A stretch of DNA of 56,896 nucleotides from an uncultured virus (IMG/VR IMGVR_UViG_3300031669_000004) (IMGVR_UViG_3300031669_000004), one strand, 5' to 3'; shown: positions 45,615 through 54,826, counted from the first letter of the stretch. The notes: generated from the letters alone by a model not told the origin. Numbers and translations are program-made.

Positions 45615-45623
45615 TGGTATAAG
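45615..45623 (+). promoter_or_regulatory. Phage promoter motif TGGTATAAG
   Basis: Exact copy before tRNA-Leu. Confidence 0.7.
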
Positions 45624-45647
45624 AACTATGCAAAGAAAGAGATTTAA

Positions 45648-46403
45648 GCCCGGGTGGTGGAATTGGTAGACACAACGGACTAGACCATGGTGACATGGTT
45701 CGGGTCACTAGCGAAAAATGAGTTGGTAGTCAGTGCGATAAACTGTGGTAGAAATATCACAACTGAGCGACAGCCAAATGGAACAGCCCACACTCTATAG
45801 ACGAGGTTCGGCGTAACAACTCAAGGGAAACCCGCTAGTAGTATTTCCGTAAATTCGGCGAACGCTAAACCGATTCGAGACAAATGTTATCAGTTGAGGA
45901 TGAAAATCCAATATTAGGCTGATGAGGATCCTCGATAGGCAAAGGTATTCAATCCTGCCAACGCCGAGCCAAACCTAACAATAACGAATACCTTGATGTG
46001 GAGTCCTAGCGCCATGTTATAAACCAGAGGTTTTATGGTTTGAAGGGTATGGTCGATAATGCAACAGTAGATATGCTGGTCCCAATTGAATGGCAACAGG
46101 AGCACACATGGGGCGTATTAGGAAGGTGTAGAGACTAGAGACGGAATGCCTAAATAGATAAAGAATAGCTGTGTTAAAGCCGATACGAATGGTCGAGGCA
46201 TAGGTAAACTAAATTTATATGGCGATAGCATAGTCCAGACCACGAACGACAATTCATATAGTAATCCCTGCTGTAGGCGTAGAAACCCACTGGGTGCGTG
46301 TATATATGAATAACGACGTAAGTCGGCGGTGAAAACCGAAGTGGTAAGTAAAATCCGTCGGGGAGAAATCCCCGTGCCGGTTCGATTCCGGCTCCGGGCA
46401 CCA
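45648..46403 (+). tRNA. tRNA-Leu(UAA), split by group I intron (exons 45648-45681 and 46349-46403)
   Basis: Joined exons give ACGGA-CTTAAAA-TCCGT anticodon arm, class II arm, ACCA. Confidence 0.92.
45682..46348 (+). mobile_element. Group I self-splicing intron (667 nt, no evident endonuclease ORF)
   Basis: U-G in P1 (GACU/GGUC), P AAATTCGGCGAAC, Q CAACGCCGAGCC, R GTGTAGAGACTA, S GCATAGTCC, terminal G. Confidence 0.9.
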
Positions 46404-46426
46404 AACAAAATAAAGGAGGGGCATCT

Positions 46427-46633
46427 ATGATTATTGGTGTAGCATACGTAGTAGGTATGATTATAACCGCAGCGCTAATAAGGAGATCCTTTCTACATGC
46501 GTATAATGGCGGTAAGTATAATGAATGGAAATCTATTGCTATATACATAACAATGGTTATCCTTTGGCCGCTTACTTTAGTATTTGTGTTATTTGTATTA
46601 TGGATAGGAAGCATGCTTCCTCCAACCTTCTAA
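46427..46633 (+). CDS. Small two-TM membrane protein
   Basis: AAGGAGG RBS after tRNA. Confidence 0.65.
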   Translation: MIIGVAYVVGMIITAALIRRSFLHAYNGGKYNEWKSIAIYITMVILWPLTLVFVLFVLWIGSMLPPTF

Positions 46634-46664
46634 TCATCTTTAACATAGCAAAAGGAGTTGCAAA

Positions 46665-48680
46665 ATGGCAGACTTTCTTAGTTTCAAATTAGCAGTATCA
46701 AAGCAGTTCGACTTAATGAAACAGCATTCACTGTTCCGTATGGCAGTGACTAAGGAAGCACTCTGGGACACCTACTTAGGTAGCTTCCCAGAAGGTACGA
46801 ATCCTATTTTCAAAGAGAGGCGGGAACATGACTGTCAATGTTGCCGCAGCTTCATTAGAGCCGTTGGAGGATTGGTAGCAATCATCGACGGCAAGATAGT
46901 TAGCATCTGGGATGTTAAGACCGAAGGTGAATACCAAGTTGTAGCAGATGCTTTATCTGCATTGGTAAAATCAGCACCCATCGAGAACATCTTCCTGCAC
47001 ACAGAAACACAAGCAGGTATCGACAAGAACTTCCAGGATACCGGCGAGGGTATTAAAACGTGGAATCACTTCTACATCAAACTACCGACAGCTAACATCT
47101 GCAAGGGTGTCGACATTGGTACAAGACTGGGGGAATCCCATTCGGCAAAGGATGTATTTGCTCGTGCTTTGGCAGAACTTACATTAGACTCAGTAGATAC
47201 TGTACTGGAGCTTATTGCCCAAAACTCGTTGTATCGTGGGGAAGAACATAAGTTTGTAGTTGATTCGTTCCGTAAGTTGAAAGTGGCCTATGGTGAACTG
47301 ACAACAGACTCACAACGTGACATCTTCTGCTGGTCGTCGGCTGCTCCCGGTTCAGTCAAGCATATCCGTAACTCGGCAATTGGCACCCTGCTGGTAGACT
47401 TGTCCGAAGGTATGGATTTGGACGTTGCTGTTAAAGTCTTTGAGTTTAAGGTTGCCGGTCCTAACTACAAGCGTCCTACTGCCTTGGTTACTAAAGCCAT
47501 GGTGGAGAAGGCTCAGAAGGCCATCGAGGAACTGGGACTTACCAGTGCGTTGGAACGTCGTTATGCCACGCTTCAGGACATCACAGTTAACAACATTCTG
47601 TTTGCTGATCGTGATGCCAAGAAGGTAATACAAGGAGGTGTGTTCGCAGAGATATCAAGCGGTATAGCCGAGAAGCCTCAAAGCTTTGACAAGGTGGAAG
47701 AAATACCTGTTGACGTATTCCTGAGCAGTGTTATGCCAGCGGCCAAGAGCGTTGAAGTAATGCTTGAAAACCGCCATGAAGCCAACCTGGTCAGTCTTAT
47801 CGCCCCGGTTGATCCAGAAGCCAAGAACATGTTCAAGTGGCCTAACAAGTTCTCCTGGTCGTATACAGGGGAAATGGCCGATTCAATCAAAGAGCGTGTG
47901 AAGAAGGCTGGTGGTAAAATCGAAGGCGACCTGTGCTGCCGTTTGGCATGGGACTACACTGACGACTTGGACTTCCACATGCTTGAGCCAAAGGGTGGAA
48001 CTCATATTTACTTCGGCAACAGAAGAAGTAAATCTTTTTGCGGTGGTATACTTGACGTGGATGCTAACGGTGGTGATGGTATTATGCCTAACCCAGTAGA
48101 GAACATCTACTACGCCGACAAGCGTACCATGAAGGAGGGGAGTTATGTACTCAATGTCAACAACTATTCCAGACGTAGTTCAGGAGTAGGCTTCGAGGTA
48201 GAGATCGAGTTTGATGGCAAGATCCTCAACTTCGTGTATGACAAGGTGCTTAAGACCGGTGATACGGTAAGGGTTGCGGAAATACGCTACTCCAAGAAGG
48301 ATGGGTTTAGTATTGTGAACTCACTTCCTTCGTCGCAAACAGTGAAGAACATGTGGGGGCTATCAACACAGTCCTTCCACAAGGTATCAGCTTTGATGAT
48401 GTCCCCTAATTATTGGGACGACAAAACAGTTGGTAACAAGCATCTGTTCTTCATGCTGGATGGTTGTCTTAACGATGGTAGAGCAAGGGGCTTCTTCAAT
48501 GAGTTCCTGGCCGAGGAGTTGACCCCGCACCGCAAGGTTCTGGAAGTAGTCGGCTCCAAGATGAAAACCGAGAAATCTCAAAATCAACTGAGTGGTATCG
48601 GCTTCTCGTCAACACAGAGAAACCATGTTCTGTGCAAGGTAGAGGGTAAGTTCACCCGTGTTGTAAAAGTAGTATTTTAA
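46665..48680 (+). CDS. Large phage protein of unknown function (671 aa)
   Basis: AAGGAG RBS; HDCQCC; LAW...DDLDFH..EP and LDVDAN..VENIY segment resembling YfaP/DUF2135 domains. Confidence 0.8.
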   Translation: MADFLSFKLAVSKQFDLMKQHSLFRMAVTKEALWDTYLGSFPEGTNPIFKERREHDCQCCRSFIRAVGGLVAIIDGKIVSIWDVKTEGEYQVVADALSALVKSAPIENIFLHTETQAGIDKNFQDTGEGIKTWNHFYIKLPTANICKGVDIGTRLGESHSAKDVFARALAELTLDSVDTVLELIAQNSLYRGEEHKFVVDSFRKLKVAYGELTTDSQRDIFCWSSAAPGSVKHIRNSAIGTLLVDLSEGMDLDVAVKVFEFKVAGPNYKRPTALVTKAMVEKAQKAIEELGLTSALERRYATLQDITVNNILFADRDAKKVIQGGVFAEISSGIAEKPQSFDKVEEIPVDVFLSSVMPAAKSVEVMLENRHEANLVSLIAPVDPEAKNMFKWPNKFSWSYTGEMADSIKERVKKAGGKIEGDLCCRLAWDYTDDLDFHMLEPKGGTHIYFGNRRSKSFCGGILDVDANGGDGIMPNPVENIYYADKRTMKEGSYVLNVNNYSRRSSGVGFEVEIEFDGKILNFVYDKVLKTGDTVRVAEIRYSKKDGFSIVNSLPSSQTVKNMWGLSTQSFHKVSALMMSPNYWDDKTVGNKHLFFMLDGCLNDGRARGFFNEFLAEELTPHRKVLEVVGSKMKTEKSQNQLSGIGFSSTQRNHVLCKVEGKFTRVVKVVF

Positions 48681-48692
48681 AAGGAGAGTAGT

Positions 48693-49133
48693 ATGAATGT
48701 TGATGCATTGTTTATGAAAGGGACTCGTGCCAAGATACGATTCGAAACGTCTAAAGGTCTTCTGACCATTGAAGACCTGTGGGATTTGGGCAGACAGCCA
48801 CTGGCTAGTACCACCGGTAAGCTTTGTTTGAACAGCATAGCGGTTGATTTGCACCAGCAATTGGAAGCCAGGGGGCGTAAGTCCTTCGTGGATGATGTTG
48901 CTGAAGTGGATCAAGAACTTAAGCAGAAGCTTGATCTGGTCGTAAGTATTATCGATGAAATTAAGGCAGAGAGAAAAGCAGCTGCCGAGATCCGTGATAT
49001 CAGAGAGAAGTACGAACGAAACAACGCCGCACTGGCAAGCAAAGAGGAAGAAAAACGCTCCGCCAGAACCATCGAAGAAATACTGGCTGAGCAAGCCACC
49101 CTAAAAGCTCAGCTGGAAGCCAAGACCGCTTAA
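48693..49133 (+). CDS. Coiled-coil hypothetical protein
   Basis: RF.T.KG.LT.EDLWDL; AAGGAG RBS. Confidence 0.75.
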   Translation: MNVDALFMKGTRAKIRFETSKGLLTIEDLWDLGRQPLASTTGKLCLNSIAVDLHQQLEARGRKSFVDDVAEVDQELKQKLDLVVSIIDEIKAERKAAAEIRDIREKYERNNAALASKEEEKRSARTIEEILAEQATLKAQLEAKTA

Positions 49134-49181
49134 CTAAGTTGGGGGCCAGGAAACTGGTCCCTGTTTAAGAAAGGAGAAGTT

Positions 49182-49964
49182 GTGCATGATCCTAAGAAGT
49201 TCAAAGTAGGGGATGAGGTAAGGATAGTAAGGAAGGTTGCATCTAAGACAGATGGGTGGTCAGCCACGTGGAATGAGCATATGGATAAAACTGTTGGGGA
49301 TGGCATTATTCATAAGATAGATAATGTAAATAAAAACTATCCTTCAGATGGATTTAAGATAGGAACTTGGTTTTATCCCTCCGATTCCCTGGAATTGGCC
49401 TCAGCCCCTAAAGTCGAGGATTCCCCGAAGCGGGATGGCCACAACGTTGGTGCGTTCTCGAAGGGAGATAAAGTTACCATAGTCAGAAAGTGCGAAAGTC
49501 ATTGCAAGGGCTGGGATAATACTTGGCCCACGACAATGGATAAGTATGTGGGTAATGGGGAGGTGCATACGGTAATGAGAAGTATTGGTAGGGGGGTATA
49601 CCTAGTTGGCATACCCAGTATTGGCTGGCCCTCCGATGCACTTACCTTATTAGTCCAAGGTGCGAAGTATGACGTTTTAGTATCAAAAGAAAGTAGTCCA
49701 ATCGAAGTTCAATCAAAAGGAGAAGTTAGCATGAATTTAGGCGTAATCAAACCAAACGCAACAAACATCGGTGGTAAGGACTCGGATACATTTTCCGATG
49801 ATCTTCTTATACAGGATATTGGCCACCGAGAAGCCGAGATCGAAGCCTTGAGCAAGAACAAAGCTCAACCGGAGAAGGTCAAAGCCAAGATCAAAGCATT
49901 GCAGGATGACATCACCATGCTGGTCAAGATCATCGACGGCCGGCCAGCAAATCCAGCGAAGTAA
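49182..49964 (+). CDS. Hypothetical protein with two internal SH3-like repeats
   Basis: F..GD.V.IVRK.....GW..TW...MDK.VG.G repeated twice. Confidence 0.7.
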   Translation: MHDPKKFKVGDEVRIVRKVASKTDGWSATWNEHMDKTVGDGIIHKIDNVNKNYPSDGFKIGTWFYPSDSLELASAPKVEDSPKRDGHNVGAFSKGDKVTIVRKCESHCKGWDNTWPTTMDKYVGNGEVHTVMRSIGRGVYLVGIPSIGWPSDALTLLVQGAKYDVLVSKESSPIEVQSKGEVSMNLGVIKPNATNIGGKDSDTFSDDLLIQDIGHREAEIEALSKNKAQPEKVKAKIKALQDDITMLVKIIDGRPANPAK

Positions 49965-50034
49965 TTTCATATCTGTGATATAATGGTTTGAATATGGGGT
50001 AGGGGCATCTCTACCTCATTTTAGGAGGGCTGAA

Positions 50035-50307
50035 ATGAGTTATTGTAGATTCGATGAAGACTGTGATGTATATATGTATGCCAGTGTTTATGGGGGGTAT
50101 ACTTTTCATTTAACTCATGTTTATTGCGACAAGAACCCAACAGAGCCTGATACATTACAGGCTGAGACGAGACAAGAGGCCTTAGAGATTTTTAAGAAGT
50201 TGAAAGAAGCGGGAGCTAGATTTCCTGAGGATGCTGTAACAACTCTTGAGGGGGAAATAGCAGCGGGGGAACCGGAACACCAACCAGACCCAGATGGTTT
50301 TAGGTGA
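50035..50307 (+). CDS. Hypothetical protein
   Basis: AGGAGG RBS; upstream TGATATAAT at 49976. Confidence 0.7.
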   Translation: MSYCRFDEDCDVYMYASVYGGYTFHLTHVYCDKNPTEPDTLQAETRQEALEIFKKLKEAGARFPEDAVTTLEGEIAAGEPEHQPDPDGFR

Positions 50308-50312
50308 TTTCA

Positions 50313-50321
50313 TGGTATAAG
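50313..50321 (+). promoter_or_regulatory. Phage promoter motif TGGTATAAG
   Basis: Exact copy before tRNA-Leu(UAG). Confidence 0.7.
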
Positions 50322-50341
50322 AATTAGTACAACCCTAATAA

Positions 50342-50425
50342 CGGCTGGTGGTGGAACGGGATACACAAATGCCTTAGAAGCATTCGCCGAAAGGATTGGG
50401 GGTTCAAATCCCCCTCAGCCGACCA
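50342..50425 (+). tRNA. tRNA-Leu(UAG)
   Basis: AATGC-CTTAGAA-GCATT, class II arm, ACCA. Confidence 0.9.
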
Positions 50426-50442
50426 AACAAAAGGAGCAAGTC

Positions 50443-50691
50443 ATGAAAACTGTTAAAGTAAACCTGAGCAAACGTAATCTCCTAACCCTGTTAAGCAAGT
50501 TGGAACGTCAGGAAGCAGGCGATACGACCCTTTGTACTATCATAAAGTGTGACACGGCACATCCATTGTTCCCACAGAACGTGGATCAAATAATAGTAAC
50601 AGCGGTACCTGACGGGATTTATTATGCCCACAGGAGTCCTGGGGAGATGCACCCACTTGACACACCGAAAGATGAAAGGACTTTGCAATGA
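50443..50691 (+). CDS. Hypothetical protein
   Basis: AAGGAG RBS after tRNA. Confidence 0.7.
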   Translation: MKTVKVNLSKRNLLTLLSKLERQEAGDTTLCTIIKCDTAHPLFPQNVDQIIVTAVPDGIYYAHRSPGEMHPLDTPKDERTLQ

Positions 50692-51026
50692 CCTTAACAA
50701 AGGAAGAAAAGAGTAAAGAGCAGAAGGGTAGACTAATAAGATTAGTCATATTTATCCTCGGCCTTGCCATTATACTTACAGGCTGTACAAGCCAGACTCA
50801 ATTTGGTGATTGTATAGGGCTGGCTGATGCTAAGAAGCCTGACTTGGTGTATAAGGTCAGCGCTACTAATTTAATCGTCGCAATACTAACGTTTGAACTT
50901 ATAGCCCCTCCAGTTATCGTCGCAGTCAATGAAACGTTTTGTCCAATAGGCCGAAAAGATGGAGGGCAGAGTGAGCGAATTCCCAAGCAACAACAGCAAC
51001 CACAGTACGCCTTCCCAGGAAGCTGA
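50688..51026 (+). CDS. Putative lipoprotein
   Basis: Lipobox LTGC after hydrophobic stretch. Confidence 0.7.
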   Translation: MTLTKEEKSKEQKGRLIRLVIFILGLAIILTGCTSQTQFGDCIGLADAKKPDLVYKVSATNLIVAILTFELIAPPVIVAVNETFCPIGRKDGGQSERIPKQQQQPQYAFPGS

Positions 51027-51168
51027 CAAGGTAGTAGACTTAGGTAAGTATAAGTCTGACAGAGAGACTGCAGAGTTACTTAAAAAGGCTTTGCGGCTAA
51101 TGCAGAAGGTTAATGAACAACTTTTAGAAGTACAACGAATACTGGAAGAGGAAAATGAATCTACCTGA
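50959..51168 (+). CDS. Hypothetical coiled-coil protein
   Basis: Overlaps both neighbours; start uncertain. Confidence 0.5.
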   Translation: MEGRVSEFPSNNSNHSTPSQEADKVVDLGKYKSDRETAELLKKALRLMQKVNEQLLEVQRILEEENEST

Positions 51169-51640
51169 GAATTACCAGATAGTAAACGAACGTGGCATTT
51201 ACGGGTTTTTTAAGCAGTACAGATTTCTAAGCAACTTTCATCCCTGTGACTTAATCATCGGTGATATACATTACCCTTCATCTGAGCACGCCTTTATGGC
51301 ATATAAAACGGATAACATAGGGGAAAAAATAAGGTTATCGGGTATAGTGAAGCCTAGCGACGTAAAGAAGGCAGGGCAACTAGTTACACTGCGTCCAGAC
51401 TGGGAGTATTACAGGGTGGCAGCAATGCTTAGCTGTCTATACGCTAAATTTGCACCTGATACAGAATTGGCAGATATGTTACTGGAAACCGGGGGTAAGT
51501 ATCTTGAGGAAACCAATTGGTGGCATGATCAGTTTTGGGGATTCTACAAGCCGCAACCTGGCATTGAGGTATTCGGTGGAACTGGCGGCCTAAATATGTT
51601 AGGTAAGTGTTTGATGATTGTAAGGAATAGCTTAAAATGA
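51155..51640 (+). CDS. NADAR (YbiA-like) family protein
   Basis: FLSNF, YPSSEHAFMA.K, LRPDW, KF....L...LL.TG...LEE....D.FWG, G.N.LGK.LM.VR. Confidence 0.92.
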   Translation: MNLPENYQIVNERGIYGFFKQYRFLSNFHPCDLIIGDIHYPSSEHAFMAYKTDNIGEKIRLSGIVKPSDVKKAGQLVTLRPDWEYYRVAAMLSCLYAKFAPDTELADMLLETGGKYLEETNWWHDQFWGFYKPQPGIEVFGGTGGLNMLGKCLMIVRNSLK

Positions 51641-51811
51641 TAAACATGGATTTTCTACGTGGTACCATACTAGGACTGATCTGCACCGCAGTCTGTATAT
51701 TGGGTGTGGAGTTAGTTTTCGCAGGGACGGCGTTATCAATAGCAATATGAGTAGTTCTATTTATATTGTCAGTATTATTTTACGCTGGGAATTTGTTCTC
51801 AGTAGACTAAG

Positions 51812-51887
51812 GGACAGATAGCTCATCTGGTAGAGCACCTGAGTGAAGATCAGGGTGTGGTTGGTTCAAGTCCAGCTCTGTCCACCA
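51812..51887 (+). tRNA. tRNA-Phe(GAA)
   Basis: CCTGA-GTGAAGA-TCAGG, ACCA. Confidence 0.9.
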
Positions 51888-51902
51888 AACAAGGAAATAG
51901 AT

Positions 51903-52121
51903 ATGACTATAATGGTTAGCGTAGTAGTGTTCATAACATGCTTTATACTGTTACGTAATAATCTGGTATTCTTTATACGAGCTAAAAGGTTGAACTATAT
52001 GTCAGATCTACCTTCTGACAAATGGGCGGCAATATATAGCGATTTCGATAAACTAGATTACAACAATATGGTGTTAGACGTAAGTAAGTGGACTTACAAA
52101 CAATTTTATCCGGATGCTTAG
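51903..52121 (+). CDS. Small membrane protein between duplicated tRNA-Phe genes
   Basis: AAGGA RBS; stop TAG lies in 5' end of second tRNA. Confidence 0.6.
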   Translation: MTIMVSVVVFITCFILLRNNLVFFIRAKRLNYMSDLPSDKWAAIYSDFDKLDYNNMVLDVSKWTYKQFYPDA

Positions 52122-52186
52122 CTCAGCGGTAGAGCACTTGGGTGAAGATCAAGGTGTGGTTGGTTCGAGTCCAACCCTGTCCACCA
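52112..52186 (+). tRNA. Second tRNA-Phe(GAA), degenerate acceptor stem (possible pseudogene)
   Basis: Body near-identical to 51812 copy; GGATGCT/CCTGTCC has two mismatches. Confidence 0.65.
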
Positions 52187-52348
52187 AACAAATAAAGGGA
52201 GGTAGTGAAAATGGGTAAAAAGATAAGGTATTTCTTCTTCGCTATTACGTGCTTCTTTATAGACGGATTAGGCTTTGCCTTCCCAAGCGAAAGAAAAGAG
52301 TTCTATGATAGGTTTCATAATAATGATACACTGAACTAAAACAAAATT

Positions 52349-52424
52349 GGATTCTTAGCTCAGTTGGTAGAGCGTCGCCCTTACAAGGCGAATGTCGTTG
52401 GTTCGAACCCAACAGAATCCACCA
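52349..52424 (+). tRNA. tRNA-Val(UAC)
   Basis: Loop CTTACAA, ACCA. Confidence 0.93.
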
Positions 52425-52442
52425 AACAATTAGGAGGTACAC

Positions 52443-52808
52443 ATGGCCGCAAAGATTTACTTCTTTGGATGCATAAGAGGAGCAGGGCATTACATGTACA
52501 AATCAGGGGAGAATAATAATGCTGTTGATTATGACTTCCTGGATAAAAATCCATGGGGAAATAGTATAGACGGCTCCTTATGCCTCTGGTACACCAGAAA
52601 ACAAGGGATAGCTTCCCTTCATCATAAAGATGGGTGGACGGCTTTGTCATTCTGGGATAATAGCGTAGATGGCAGACCAGGAAGCAATGGTAATTTCCTA
52701 GCGGAGGGAATCTTTAACTTTGGTGGAATGATAGCCTTGGCTAAAGAAAAATTCCCCAACGTAATGAGTAGATTTAACTTTGAAATAACATCGGGAGAAG
52801 GGGAATGA
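52443..52808 (+). CDS. Hypothetical protein
   Basis: AGGAGG RBS after tRNA. Confidence 0.75.
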   Translation: MAAKIYFFGCIRGAGHYMYKSGENNNAVDYDFLDKNPWGNSIDGSLCLWYTRKQGIASLHHKDGWTALSFWDNSVDGRPGSNGNFLAEGIFNFGGMIALAKEKFPNVMSRFNFEITSGEGE

Positions 52809-52976
52809 TAGCATACTTAATATTCTGCTTTATAATATTCCTGCTTACACTAGCACTCCTAAGAAAAGTTAAACTGAGAGAGGCATTAGCCATAGGTGCT
52901 ATATCAATCATACCCCTGGCTAATATTTTTATGCTTCTGGTAGTGGCCATAGTGGTGTTGAGTGGGAAAGTTTAAT

Positions 52977-53053
52977 GGTGACCATAGTTTAATTGGTAGA
53001 ATCCTGGATTGTGATTCCGGAAGATGCAGGTTCGAGTCCTGTTGGCCACCCCA
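52977..53053 (+). tRNA. tRNA-His(GUG)
   Basis: G-1/C73, loop TTGTGAT, CCA. Confidence 0.92.
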
Positions 53054-53068
53054 GAAAGAAAAGGATTT

Positions 53069-53425
53069 ATGATGACTAATATTAGAACGATTGCTATTGT
53101 TCTAGGAGATAACGATTTTGGGAATACCTTCAGGCCACTACTGGAATCCGTATATACAGCCTTACTTCACCGATCCGGATTCAGCAGAGAGATAATTTCC
53201 AGCTTAATTAGAGAAGGGATTAAATTTCATTATGCGGCATATCAATATAGATACGACTATCTGGCATCCGGCTATACGAATCAAACCGTAGATAAAACGG
53301 TAGAGTACTTGGATAAAATACGGATTTTATTCGATGAAGATGCAGAACAAGATGTAGAACAAAGAGATCATGATGGCGGTGCATGGTATCTTGAAGTTGC
53401 TACAGGAACTGTATATTCTTATTGA
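53069..53425 (+). CDS. Hypothetical protein
   Basis: AAGGA RBS after tRNA. Confidence 0.7.
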   Translation: MMTNIRTIAIVLGDNDFGNTFRPLLESVYTALLHRSGFSREIISSLIREGIKFHYAAYQYRYDYLASGYTNQTVDKTVEYLDKIRILFDEDAEQDVEQRDHDGGAWYLEVATGTVYSY

Positions 53426-53432
53426 AAGCAAT

Positions 53433-53508
53433 GGGTACTTAACTCAGTCGGTAGAGCGCCATCTTGATAAAGTGGATGTCACTGGTTCGAATCCAGTAGT
53501 ACCTACCA
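53433..53508 (+). tRNA. tRNA-Ile(GAU)
   Basis: Loop TTGATAA, ACCA. Confidence 0.88.
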
Positions 53509-53618
53509 GAAAGGATACTTATGGATACTGTAACTCCCAGTAGTTCCGCAGTAATGGTACTGATCAATACCATGGAGCTAACCAATAATAAATCTGGGTA
53601 TATTTTAAATTGATTTTC

Positions 53619-53694
53619 GGGGGCTTAGCTCAGTTGGGAGAGCAATTGCTTTGCAAGCAATAGGTCAACGGTTCGAACCCGTTAGCCTCCACCA
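53619..53694 (+). tRNA. tRNA-Ala(UGC)
   Basis: G3-U70, loop TTTGCAA, ACCA. Confidence 0.93.
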
Positions 53695-53700
53695 AATAAA

Positions 53701-53787
53701 GGAAGTGTAGTTTAATGGTAAAACAGGGGATTCCAAATCCCCGGACAGATAATGCTAGTTGAGGTTCGATTCCTTGCACTTCCGCCA
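53701..53787 (+). tRNA. tRNA-Trp(CCA) with 17-nt variable region
   Basis: GGGGA-TTCCAAA-TCCCC, G73, CCA. Confidence 0.85.
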
Positions 53788-53816
53788 CAAACAAAAAGAC
53801 ATATGCTCCTTTTTTA

Positions 53817-53825
53817 TGGTATAAG
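53817..53825 (+). promoter_or_regulatory. Phage promoter motif TGGTATAAG
   Basis: Exact copy before tRNA-Gln. Confidence 0.7.
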
Positions 53826-53851
53826 AGATAGTAGGAGAATTTAAGATTAAT

Positions 53852-53926
53852 TGGGGAGTAGCCAAGTGGTAAGGCAGTGGGTTTTGAACCCACTATGCGA
53901 TAGTTCGATCCTATCCTCCTCAGCCA
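53852..53926 (+). tRNA. tRNA-Gln(UUG)
   Basis: U1-A72, loop TTTTGAA, GCCA. Confidence 0.92.
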
Positions 53927-53944
53927 AACAAGAAAGGATGTCAC

Positions 53945-54250
53945 ATGGGATTCGCTACCGATATTGAAACCATAGCATCAGCCAGAAGAAAGCATCGATG
54001 CTCCTGGTGTAATGAAAGAATTAATGTCGGTGAGAAGTACTTAAGGTATAGATGGTACGATAGTGGTGATGCAGCCACAGTGAAGCTTCACGAAGAATGT
54101 AACTCTGCTATGTCGGAGTTCATCAAGAACGAAGGTGGCTACGATATTGAATTCAGTCCTGGGGATAATCCTCGTGGATGTATCTGTGGTCATGATATCC
54201 ACTGTGAACGATGCGCAGAAAGAAGGAAATTTAGAGGTGAGATAGCTTAG
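53945..54250 (+). CDS. Zn-finger hypothetical protein
   Basis: ARR.HRCSWC...I..GE.Y; ends inside tRNA-Met 5' end. Confidence 0.7.
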   Translation: MGFATDIETIASARRKHRCSWCNERINVGEKYLRYRWYDSGDAATVKLHEECNSAMSEFIKNEGGYDIEFSPGDNPRGCICGHDIHCERCAERRKFRGEIA

Positions 54251-54312
54251 CTGGTTAAAGCAACGGGTTCATATCCCGTCTATCGTAGGTCCGAATCCTA
54301 CTCTCACCACCA
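54236..54312 (+). tRNA. tRNA-Met(CAU), elongator type
   Basis: ACGGG-TTCATAT-CCCGT, G1-C72, ACCA. Confidence 0.85.
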
Positions 54313-54494
54313 ACAATTAAAGGGGAATAATATGTGGAAAGTAGTTGACTTGATAACACAGGAAATAGTAATCACTGAAGATGGGCCTGCGGAGAACCTT
54401 ACAAAGGAGGAAGCAGAGAGAATAGCCGGTGCATATATCCGGTATCACAGAGATGGTTTGGATGCAGAAATCATAGAGCAAAAATAAAATCAAT

Positions 54495-54582
54495 CGCAGG
54501 GTAGAGCGTAGCCTGGTAGCGTGATGGGCTCATAACCCATCGTCGAAAGACCTCGCCGGTTCGAATCCGGCCCCTGCAACCA
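54495..54582 (+). tRNA. Initiator tRNA-fMet(CAU) with long variable arm
   Basis: C1xA72 mismatch, GGG/CCC anticodon stem, GTC-GAAA-GAC extra arm. Confidence 0.85.
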
Positions 54583-54601
54583 ACAAACAAAGGAGATAAT
54601 C

Positions 54602-54826
54602 GTGGCTGAAGAACAACGGCTTAAATTCGTTGAAGAACGAGATGGGGTTGATGGGGCTATAGACTTCGCCAAACAGACTCTAAAGGTTTATAGAATGGCC
54701 TTGAGACGTAGCCGTAAACGGGGATTTAATCCACCTCATCATGCAACCCTACCTGAGTATAGACTGGGGTTTATTGAGAGCTGTTTAGACTTTAGGGCTT
54801 ACTTAAGAAAAGAGGAGGTATCATGA
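54602..54826 (+). CDS. Hypothetical protein
   Basis: AAGGAG RBS after tRNA. Confidence 0.7.
   Translation: MAEEQRLKFVEERDGVDGAIDFAKQTLKVYRMALRRSRKRGFNPPHHATLPEYRLGFIESCLDFRAYLRKEEVS

Noticed and set aside
45914..46408. Minus-strand ORFs in the intron as a homing endonuclease
   Set aside because: They are antisense and short, with no LAGLIDADG, GIY-YIG or HNH motif.
53701..53787. Reading this tRNA as Gly(UCC)
   Set aside because: The loop TTCCAAA places CCA at positions 34-36, and G73 fits Trp.
38696..54672. Many short ORFs overlapping tRNA genes (e.g. 38696-38884, 53630-53944, 54490-54672) and ORF starts extended into tRNAs
   Set aside because: These are translations of tRNA sequence (GFEP and GSNP patterns); starts were moved to RBS-supported codons after CCA.
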